From an uncultured Chloroflexia bacterium (GTDB lineage: Bacteria > Chloroflexota > Anaerolineae > CG2-30-64-16), in assembly GCA_963774265.1 (NCBI GenBank), contig CAVZDU010000005.1, positions 32,001 to 96,000 on the forward strand: a stretch of DNA of 64,000 nt, given 5' to 3'. Of this stretch, positions 53,559-62,400 are shown piece by piece. Position 1 is the first letter of the stretch, and each line of letters begins with the position of its first letter. Below the pieces are notes generated by a model. It searched no databases, had not been told where the DNA came from, and saw only the letters and a list, made by a program, of their open reading frames with translations. The translations under genes were made by a program, and so were the position numbers.

Positions 53559-54530
53559 GTGAAAGCCGCCATCGGCAGCACTCTTTTTGTCGCTCTGCGT
53601 TCTCTGTGGCTTAACCTGGTTTTGGGTGTTTGTCTCGCTGCGTGCGCCGCGCCCGTGGCCCAAACGCCACCTGAGGCGGCAGGCCAGCCAAAAGTGCTGG
53701 CAGCAGAGACCTTCCTGGCAGATATCGCGCAAAACGTGGCGGGAGACCGCCTGACCGTTGAGGCGTTGATCCCGTTCGGCGTCGATCCTCACAGCTTTGA
53801 GCCGACGCCAACCGACGTGCGCAAGGTGGCCGACAGCACTTTGCTGATCGTCAACGGCGCCGGATTCGAGGCTTTCCTGGAGCCGTTGCTGAAGAACGCG
53901 GGCGGCCAACGGACGGTCATCGAAGCCGCCGCGGGACTGACCCCTCGCCAGCCGCAACCCGGAGAGCACCCGGAAGGCGAAGTGGACCGTGCCCATGCGG
54001 AGGGCGATCCGCATTTCTGGCTCGACCCGAGCTCCACCGTCAGGTACGCGGAGAATATTCGCGACGGGTTGACCGCGGCAGACCCCTCTGGCAAGGACGC
54101 CTACGCCGCAAACGCCGAAGCGTACATTGCGAAGCTTAAGGAGTTGGATGCCTGGATCACAGAGCAGGCGGCCACGATTCCTGAGGCACGGCGCCTGCTC
54201 GTGACGAACCACGAGAGCTTCGGCTATTTTGCGGATCGTTACGGCTTCCGGGTGGTCGGCGCAGTTATCCCCAGCGTCAGCTCCGCCGCGTCTCCGTCGG
54301 CCCAGCAGTTGGCTCACCTGGCAGATCAGGTTAAGGCAGTGGGCGCGCCCGCGGTTTTCCTGGAGGCCGGCGCCACTACACAACTGGCCGACCAGCTGGC
54401 GCGGGAAACCGGCATCAAAGTTGTGACGGACCTGCTGACCCACTCGGTCACCGCCAAGGACGGGCCGGCGCCGGATTACCTGAGCATGATGCGCTATGAC
54501 GTGAAACTTATCGTCGACGCGCTGAGGTAG
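53559..54530 (+). CDS. Zn/Mn ABC transporter substrate-binding lipoprotein
   Basis: LAAC lipobox, DPHSFEPTP, DPHFWLDP, HESFGYF. Start approximate. Confidence 0.92.
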   Translation: MKAAIGSTLFVALRSLWLNLVLGVCLAACAAPVAQTPPEAAGQPKVLAAETFLADIAQNVAGDRLTVEALIPFGVDPHSFEPTPTDVRKVADSTLLIVNGAGFEAFLEPLLKNAGGQRTVIEAAAGLTPRQPQPGEHPEGEVDRAHAEGDPHFWLDPSSTVRYAENIRDGLTAADPSGKDAYAANAEAYIAKLKELDAWITEQAATIPEARRLLVTNHESFGYFADRYGFRVVGAVIPSVSSAASPSAQQLAHLADQVKAVGAPAVFLEAGATTQLADQLARETGIKVVTDLLTHSVTAKDGPAPDYLSMMRYDVKLIVDALR

Positions 54531-54532
54531 GA

Positions 54533-55366
54533 GTGAGCATGGCCCTGGCAACACTGCTGAAAAGACACGAAGCGCACCGCCAAGACGCCCCCGTCGTCTC
54601 GTTCGATCATGTGAGTGTTCGGTACGACAATGACTCACCCGCGCTGGATGACGTGTCCTTCGAATTATGGCCCGGCGAGCGGGTGGCCGTGGTCGGGCCC
54701 AATGGCGCGGGCAAGAGCACGCTGCTCAAGCTTGTCGCCGGCATCCTGACGCCCACCAGCGGAAAAGCGGATGTGTACGGGTACGGCGCGGGCGGCCACA
54801 TCTGCATCGGCTACGTGCCCCAGCGTTCGAACGTCGATTGGAAGTTCCCGGTCACAGTCTCTGAGGTGGTGATGATGGGCCGCGTGGCGCAGATCGGGTT
54901 GCTGCGCCAGGCAGGTCGCCGCGACTGGGAGCGCGTGCGAGAAAGCCTCAACCAGGTCGGCATGTCAAAATTTGCAGGCCGGCAAATCGGCGATCTGTCG
55001 GGTGGACAGCAGCAGCGGGTGTTCATCGCGCGTGCGTTGGCCCAAGAGGCCGAGTTGCTGCTCATGGATGAGCCGCTTACCGGACTGGATATCCCCTCGC
55101 AAGAAGCGATCTTCGAGATTCTCGACCTTCTCAGGCAGGCGCGCATGACCGTGCTGGTGTCCACGCATGATCTGCAGCTTGCGTCGGACAAGTTTGACCG
55201 GCTGATGCTGCTCAAACGCGGCCTCATTGGTTTCGGCCACCCCAATGAGGTGTTGACTGCGGCGAATTTGCAGCGTGCGTATGGCACGCACCTGACGGTG
55301 CTGCCCGGATCGGATGGCATGTTGGCGCTCAGTGACACCTGCTGCGAGGGGGATGATCATGCTTGA
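54533..55366 (+). CDS. Zn/Mn ABC transporter ATPase
   Basis: GPNGAGKST, YVPQR, LSGGQQQR, DEP. Confidence 0.93.
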   Translation: MSMALATLLKRHEAHRQDAPVVSFDHVSVRYDNDSPALDDVSFELWPGERVAVVGPNGAGKSTLLKLVAGILTPTSGKADVYGYGAGGHICIGYVPQRSNVDWKFPVTVSEVVMMGRVAQIGLLRQAGRRDWERVRESLNQVGMSKFAGRQIGDLSGGQQQRVFIARALAQEAELLLMDEPLTGLDIPSQEAIFEILDLLRQARMTVLVSTHDLQLASDKFDRLMLLKRGLIGFGHPNEVLTAANLQRAYGTHLTVLPGSDGMLALSDTCCEGDDHA

Positions 55367-56213
55367 GTTCCTGCTTTCACCCCTGCGGTATGAGTTCATG
55401 GTGCGCGGATTGGTGGCGGCCGTCACGGTCGGGGTGGTATGTGCGGTGCTGGGCTCCTATGTGGTGCTCCGGGGTATGACCTTCTTCGGCGACGCCCTGG
55501 CGCACGCCATTCTGCCCGGCGTCGCGGTTGCCTACCTGTTGGGAGGCGGCGCCCAGGGGCCGTTATTTTGGGGTGGGTTGGTCGCCGGCGTGGGCACTGC
55601 GCTGGGCATCGGCGCGCTCAGCAAGACCGGCCAGGTGCGCGAGGACACAGCCATCGGAGTCATCTTTGCAGGCATGTTCGCGCTTGGCGTGGCGTTGATC
55701 TCCACCGTGCGCAACTTCAGCATTGATCTGACACATTTCATGTTCGGCAACGTGCTCGGCGTGTCGCCGGCCAACCTGCTGCTGACCTTGATCTTCGGTG
55801 GGCTGGTGCTGCTGCTCGTGGTTGCCTTCTACAAGGAGTTCCTCGTCATTTCCTTTGATCCGGTGCTGGCGCAAATCTTGCGCATCCCCGACCAGGCCTT
55901 TCGCTACCTTCTGCTGGTTATGCTTGCAGTGACCGTGGTTATTGCGCTCCAGACGGTGGGTGTAGGGCTGATGGTCGCAATGTTGGTCACCCCGGCTGCA
56001 ACTGCGTCTTTGCTGACGCGAAGGCTGCCCGTCATGATGGTCGTCGCCGCATTGGCCGGCGCTGCGTCGGCTGTTATCGGTCTGTACCTGTCGTATTACG
56101 TCAACGTGGCATCCGGCGCCGCCATTGTTCTCGTGTGCACCGCGTTCTTCCTGTTGGCTCTCGTCTTTGCCCCTGGCCGCGGCCTGCTCGCGCGCAGGTT
56201 GCTTCGGTCCTAG
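55359..56213 (+). CDS. Zn/Mn ABC transporter permease
   Basis: [21 protein letters not shown]. Confidence 0.93.
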   Translation: MLEFLLSPLRYEFMVRGLVAAVTVGVVCAVLGSYVVLRGMTFFGDALAHAILPGVAVAYLLGGGAQGPLFWGGLVAGVGTALGIGALSKTGQVREDTAIGVIFAGMFALGVALISTVRNFSIDLTHFMFGNVLGVSPANLLLTLIFGGLVLLLVVAFYKEFLVISFDPVLAQILRIPDQAFRYLLLVMLAVTVVIALQTVGVGLMVAMLVTPAATASLLTRRLPVMMVVAALAGAASAVIGLYLSYYVNVASGAAIVLVCTAFFLLALVFAPGRGLLARRLLRS

Positions 56214-56428
56214 TCGAACCGATCGCGGGCGTGCTGGGCGCGGCAGCCGTGCTGCTTGTCCGGCCGCTGCTCCCGTATGCCCTTGCCTTCGCGGCCGGCG
56301 CGATGATCTACGTGGTCGTCGAAGAGCTGATTCCGGAATCACAACGCCATGACGACACGCACATGTCCACCTGGGGCGCCATGATGGGGTTCGCCCTCAT
56401 GATGCTGCTGGATGTAGCCCTGGGCTGA
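56214..56428 (+). pseudogene. C-terminal fragment of a ZIP (ZupT/GufA) metal transporter
   Basis: VEPIAGVLG...[23 protein letters not shown]...[13 protein letters not shown] with no N-terminal two-thirds. Confidence 0.75.
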
Positions 56429-56615
56429 CCTGCGGCCGGATCCGTTTTCCGTTCGTCACAAACCACAGCCTCCGATTGTCGTCGGTCTGCACCCACACCG
56501 CTGGGTGTTGCAGGCTGACGACGCGCCCCGCCCGCCACTCTTCCATCTCATCATTTGAAAAGAGCAGATCGACGCGGTCGCCGACCTGGTAACTCTCCAC
56601 CAGCCGTTTTGCCAT
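56397..56615 (-). CDS. Small hypothetical protein (SH3/Tudor-like)
   Basis: GAGGA RBS; YQVGDRV...W..G.V pattern. Confidence 0.55.
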   Translation of the reverse strand: MAKRLVESYQVGDRVDLLFSNDEMEEWRAGRVVSLQHPAVWVQTDDNRRLWFVTNGKRIRPQVSPGLHPAAS

Positions 56616-56643
56616 CAGGTCCTCGTCGTGTAGATCAGCGGGA

Positions 56644-57276
56644 TCACCTCAGCAGCTCACGGACGCTGGCTGCCACTGCTACGGCCAACTTTGGTAGTTC
56701 GCCGGCGTCCAGGTGGATACCGTCGACCTTCGATGAGACGACGTAACGCCCGGCGTCCAGGAAGCCGCAGCCGGCCTCATCTGCGGCCAATTTATAGTAG
56801 TGAGCCAGCCGCTGCGATTTTTCATCGCCTCCCGCGAACGTTTCTTCAAAGCATGTGTCCGGCACGCAGGTGGGCGGCGGTGCAATTAACAGCACCTGGG
56901 GCGCGTGGCCGTCGGGCCCGAACGTGCTGTTCTGGATCATCTCAACGAGCGTCTGTGCTGAATTCGCAATATCCGAGGCCGAAAGGCCAAACCGGTGCTT
57001 CAAGTCGTTGGTTCCCAGCATCAGGACCACCAGATCGAGGGGATGGTGTGATTCCAAAATGGGGATAAGCGTGCTTTTCCCGCTCTTGTATTCGCCTTCA
57101 ACCGGATCGGGCCAGACGGTGGTGCGGCCGTTCAGTCCTTCGGGAATGACCAGGTAGTCGGGACCAAGTTCACGGGCCAGGAGGGTCACCCAGCGTTGCT
57201 CGAGCGGGTAGCGCGCCCCTGTTATGGCATTGTAGCCCCACGTATTCGAATCGCCGTAGCAAAGGATTGTCTTCAT
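56644..57276 (-). CDS. SGNH/GDSL hydrolase
   Basis: YGDSNTWG, EGLNGRTT, LGTND, DGIH. Confidence 0.9.
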   Translation of the reverse strand: MKTILCYGDSNTWGYNAITGARYPLEQRWVTLLARELGPDYLVIPEGLNGRTTVWPDPVEGEYKSGKSTLIPILESHHPLDLVVLMLGTNDLKHRFGLSASDIANSAQTLVEMIQNSTFGPDGHAPQVLLIAPPPTCVPDTCFEETFAGGDEKSQRLAHYYKLAADEAGCGFLDAGRYVVSSKVDGIHLDAGELPKLAVAVAASVRELLR

Positions 57277-57428
57277 CGCGTCTCCTTGTGCAGAGAGAGG
57301 ATACGCAGATTGTACACCAGGCAGGCAGATTTGCGATCCCATGCGGCAACGGCTTGACGATGCGCCTCGTTCCGGTTACAATTAGCGAACAAATGAGCGA
57401 TCATGCCTTTCACTGGAAGGGTCCTGCA

Positions 57429-58862
57429 ATGGCAAAGACCAAAACCCGTTACGTCTGCTCCAATTGCGGCAGTGCTCAGCCGAAATGGATGGGACGTTGC
57501 CCTGATTGCGGCGAGTGGAACACACTGGTGGAGACGATTGTGCAAGAAGCGGCCCCAGGGCGGCCGTCGGCCACGGCCATTGCGGGAGGTGGCGCTGGCC
57601 CACAGGCCTTGCCCGATATCCCTGCCGACGGCTATGAGCGCATCCCCGTGCCGATCGGTGAACTGAGCCGGGTGTTGGGCGGCGGCATCGTACCTGGGTC
57701 GGTGGTGCTCATCAGCGGCGATCCTGGGATCGGGAAGAGTACGCTGCTGATCCAGTTGTGCGACGCGCTGGCGCGACCGGGGGACGCCACCGCGGGCGAG
57801 GGTCCGGTGTTATACGTCTCGGGCGAAGAGTCTGCCGCGCAGATCAAGCTGCGCGCGGAGCGGCTGGGCATTGTCTCCCGCGACATCCAGGTGCTGGCCG
57901 AGACACACCTGGAAACGATCTCTAACACCATCCAACAACTTCAGCCGCGCATGGTCGTCGTCGACTCTGTGCAGAGCATTTACTCCGAGATGATCCAGTC
58001 GGGCGCGGGCAGCGTGACGCAGGTCCGCGATTGCTCCGCGCACCTGCTGAGGTTGGCCAAGTCACAGACGTTTCCGCTTTTCCTGGTGGGTCACGTGACA
58101 AAGGAAGGGTCTATCGCGGGCCCCCGCGTGCTGGAGCACATGGTCGACACCGTCCTGTACCTGGAGGGCGAGCGTTTCCACTCGTTCCGCCTCCTGCGCT
58201 CTGTTAAGAACCGTTTTGGGTCGACCAACGAGGTCGGCGTCTTTGAGATGGCCGAGAGCGGGCTGGTGGAGGTAAACAATCCGTCAGAGGCATTCCTGGC
58301 CGAGCGCATCCCCAACGCGCCCGGCTCGGCTATTGCGGTCACCATGGAGGGCACGCGACCGATCCTGGTGGAGGTGCAGGCGCTTTCCAGCGCGACGACC
58401 TTCGCACAGCCCCGACGCACGGCCAACGGCGTCGACTTCAACCGGCTGCTGCTGATCACCGCGGTGCTCGCCAAGCGGGCGCGGGTGCGGCTGGGGGACC
58501 AGGACATCTTCGTCAACGTGGTCGGCGGGCTGCAGGTGGATGAGCCCGCGGTGGACCTGGCCGTGGCCGTCGCGGTGGCCTCATCGGCTCGCAACCGCCC
58601 GGTCGCGGCCGACCTGGCGCTGGTGGGTGAGGTCGGGTTGAGCGGCGAGCTGCGCAGCGTGGGACAGCTCCCCCGGCGCCTTAACGAGGCTGCGAAGCTC
58701 GGGTTCACGCGCGTGCTGGTGCCGGCCACCGCGGCGCGGAAGCTCGAACATCCCCCGGCTGGGCTACAAGTGCTCGGCGCGCGCACGCTGCGCGAGGCGC
58801 TGGAGATGGCGCTGATGGGAGGGGATGATCGGGGCAGCGCGGAGCACGAAGACGCGAAGTGA
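57429..58862 (+). CDS. radA: DNA repair protein RadA/Sms
   Basis: C4 zinc finger, GDPGIGKST, KNRFG, Lon-like C-terminus. Confidence 0.96.
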   Translation: MAKTKTRYVCSNCGSAQPKWMGRCPDCGEWNTLVETIVQEAAPGRPSATAIAGGGAGPQALPDIPADGYERIPVPIGELSRVLGGGIVPGSVVLISGDPGIGKSTLLIQLCDALARPGDATAGEGPVLYVSGEESAAQIKLRAERLGIVSRDIQVLAETHLETISNTIQQLQPRMVVVDSVQSIYSEMIQSGAGSVTQVRDCSAHLLRLAKSQTFPLFLVGHVTKEGSIAGPRVLEHMVDTVLYLEGERFHSFRLLRSVKNRFGSTNEVGVFEMAESGLVEVNNPSEAFLAERIPNAPGSAIAVTMEGTRPILVEVQALSSATTFAQPRRTANGVDFNRLLLITAVLAKRARVRLGDQDIFVNVVGGLQVDEPAVDLAVAVAVASSARNRPVAADLALVGEVGLSGELRSVGQLPRRLNEAAKLGFTRVLVPATAARKLEHPPAGLQVLGARTLREALEMALMGGDDRGSAEHEDAK

Positions 58863-59130
58863 AGCGAGTGGAGATGAGCGGCGCCCCTTCTGAAGTCGTC
58901 GTCATCGGCAACGTGGGCATCGACACCAACATCTACCTCTGCGGCGCGGATGTCGACTGGAGTGTCGAGGCCAACTTCACGCAGAACCCGGACACTGGGC
59001 GCGCCAACTACTGACCCTGGTGCGAGTTGGGTGTCAAGATTGCCGTTGATCTGCAAGATGTCGTCACGCCCCACGATACTGCGCGTATCCCGCAGGTTCA
59101 CTTCTGCTCCGCTCCTGTCTGCATTAATGA
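58859..59130 (+). pseudogene. Remnant of a PfkB-family carbohydrate kinase
   Basis: VVVIGNVGIDTNIY N-terminus stops at about 59013; GVKIAVDLQD from mid-protein follows in another frame. Confidence 0.55.
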
Positions 59131-59303
59131 TCCGCGTGAGAATTCTGTCCCAGCAAGACGGCTTGTCACGCCCGCGTTGCGCACTGCCCCGGGAGAGAAA
59201 ACGCACGCGACTGTGAATCCGAGGGGAGTGTGAGTACTTCTGGCAAGGCCAGTACTCACTCATCACCGTATGTCGCCACAGAGCGTTGACTCCGATCTTC
59301 AGT

Positions 59304-59332
59304 TTGCCTGCGATCGGGACTCCTTGTATAAT
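59304..59332 (+). promoter_or_regulatory. Candidate sigma70 promoter
   Basis: TTGCCT-17 nt-TATAAT. Confidence 0.5.
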
Positions 59333-59403
59333 AGCCCTCAAAGCTCCTCTCCAGTTATCACCTCGTGTTTGACCGACGGCTTTTTCTGCATTGGAGGTCA
59401 ACG

Positions 59404-62400
59404 ATGACTAGGCGTCTTCTCAGCCTGCTGGTGCTTCTGGCTTTACTACCCCCTTCTGTCGCACTCTACTCGGCCGCTCAAGAGGCGCAGAACACCAATT
59501 CCAAGAACTCGGGTTCAAGCCCGGTCATGTTTATCGAAAATGTCGGCCAATGGGAGGCTGGCGCGCGTTTCCAGGTTTGGGGCGGCGGCACTATCCTTTG
59601 GCTGGCAGATGATGCACTTTGGCTCACGGTGGTCGAGCAGTCGACTGACGATGCGGCGAATTCTCGCGCTGATCCGCCGGCACGATTCGGGCCGAACCGC
59701 GTTAACGCTGAACGAGCCAACGAATCCCGACTGGCCTCCAATATCAAGATATCCTTCGCAGGGGCAAATCCGCACCCACCTGTCGAAACGTTCGACCGGC
59801 TGGATACTGTTGTCAGCTACTTCATCGGCAATGACCCGACTCAATGGCGGCCGGACGTGCCGGTATGGGGCGGCGTGCGTTACGTGGATCTGTACCCCGG
59901 CGTCGATTTGGAGATCACGAGCGAAGACGGGCAGTTGGTCCAAAGATTGGCGGCGCGCCCCGGCGCGGACCTGACGGTGGTGCAACTGCAGGTGGAGGGT
60001 GCGGATGCTGTGACGGCGGACGGGGACGCGCTGCACCTGAGCACCGATGCGGGCAACGTGATCCTGCCCATGTTGCGGGTGGACGGGCTGCAGGTTGCTG
60101 GCACGCAAGTACAGCCGCGCGGCACGCAGGCGTTCAGAATCGCCGCGCCCTTTGAGGTTTCAAATGCTAATTCCGCTTCCCGACCAGTCATGCCCGAAGG
60201 TGCTGGGTCGGCAACCACAAATCCCGCTCCGCGGGACGCAATCAGTCCACAATCCCTCGCCGACAACCCCGCTGACGTCCTCTACGCCACCTTCCTGGGC
60301 GGGAGTGGGGATGAATACGGCATGGGCATTGCCGTGGACGGAGCGGGCAGCGCCTACGTGACGGGCTACACTTCTTCCACTGATTTCCCAACCACGCCGG
60401 GCGCCTTCGACACGAGCTACAGCGGTGGTGCCGACGCCTTCGTGGTCAAGTTGAATGCGGCCGGCAGCCGGCTGACCTATGCCACCTTCCTGGGCGGCAG
60501 TGGGGATGACGGAAGCTTTGACATCGCCGTGGACGGAGCGGGCAGCGCCTACGTGACGGGCGTCACTTCTTCCACTGACTTTCCGACCACGGCGGGCGCC
60601 TTCGATACGAGCTACAACGGTGGTTCCTACGACGCCTTCGTGGTCAAGTTGAATGCGGCCGGCGGTGGGCTGACCTATGCCACCTTCCTGGGCGGCAGTG
60701 GGGATGAATACGGCATGGGCATTGCCGTGGACGGAGCGGGCAGCGCCTATGTGACGGGAATCACTTCTTCCACTGACTTTCCGACCACGGCGGGCGCCTT
60801 CGATACGAGCTACAGCGGTGGTTCCTACGATGCGTTTGTGGTCAAGTTGAATGCGGCCGGCAGTGGGCTGACCTATGCCACCTTCCTGGGCGGCAGTGGG
60901 GATGAATTCGGCATGGGCATGGGCATGGGCATTGCCGTGGACGGAGCGGGCAGCGCCTATGTGACGGGAATCACTTCTTCCACTGACTTTCCGACCACGG
61001 CGGGTGCCTTCGACACGAGCTACAGCGGTGGTTCCTACGACGCGTTCATGGTCAAGTTGGATGCGGCCGGCAGCCGGCTGACCTATGCCACCTTCCTGGG
61101 CGGCAGTGGGGATGACGAAAGCTCTGACATTGCCGTGGACGGAGCGGGCAGCGCCTACGTGACGGGCTACACTTCTTCCACTGACTTTCCGACCACGGCG
61201 GGCGCCTTCGACACGAGCTACAGCGGTGGCGCCGACGCGTTCGTGGTCAAGTTGGATGCGGCCGGCAGTGGGCTGACCTATGCCACCTTCCTGGGTGGGA
61301 GTGGGGATGAATTCGGCATGGGCATGGGCCTTGCCGTGGACGGAGCGGGCAGCGCCTACGTGACGGGCTACACTTCTTCCACTGACTTTCCGACCACGGC
61401 GGGCGCCTTCGATACGAGCTACAGCGGTGGTTCCTACGACGCGTTTATGGTCAAGTTGGATGCGGCCGGCGGTGGGCTGACCTATGCCACCTTCCTGGGC
61501 GGCAGTGGGGATGAATACGGCATGGGCATGGGCCTTGCCGTGGACGGAGCGGGCAGCGCCTATGTGACGGGAATCACTTCTTCCACTGACTTTCCGACCA
61601 CGGCGGGTGCCTTCGACACGAGCTACAGCGGTGGCGCCGACGCGTTCGTGGTGAAGTTCGCGGAAGGGCTTGAGAGCGATGATGTGGTGCAGGTCACCAA
61701 TACTAATGGCGACAACAATCCCGCGCTTGTCCAGGCTTCAGATGGCAAACTGTGGCTTTTCTTCAACTCTTATCGGGACAATGGCTGGGACTATCTGTGG
61801 TCCCAGACCAGCACCGACGGCGGCGCGACATGGTCGTCAGCCTCAGCGTTTACCCAGATCTTTGATGACGACTATGACCCGGCTGCTGCCAGCTCCGACG
61901 ACGGGGAGCTGTATGTTGTCTGGCGACGCACGGAGGGCGGCAACAATGTCTGGTTTAGATCAAGCACCGACAACGGCGCCATCTGGTCCACAGCCACGCG
62001 CCTGACGACCGATCCCGCCGGCGACTACTTTCCCGACATCATTCAGGCAACCGACGGCAAGCTGTGGGTCGTCTGGCAATCGGATCGCTCCGGCAACAAC
62101 GACATCTGGTACAAGACCAGCACCGATGCCGGCGCTACCTGGTCGTCCGACACCCAACTCACTGCCTCGACTGAGAGCGAGATCCTGCCGACCATCGCCC
62201 AAGCGGCCGACGGTAAGCTCTGGATCGTTTGGACGCGCAGCGGCCGGCTCTGGTATCAAACGAGCGACGACGGCGGCGCAACCTGGGCATCCGAAGCGGA
62301 GATTCCCGATACCTGCTGCTACGACCACTATGCCAATCTCGTTACAGCGCAGGATGGCACACTCTGGCTGGCCGATGAACGAGCTGGCGACATATGGTAT

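Noticed and set aside
57386-57399. Possible LexA box upstream of radA (CGAACAAATGAGCG)
   Set aside because: Right half-site too degenerate to support by eye.
60280-61660. Tandem repeats as a CRISPR array or DGR target
   Set aside because: In-frame ~195-bp coding repeats with no unique spacers; no cas or reverse transcriptase gene in the window.
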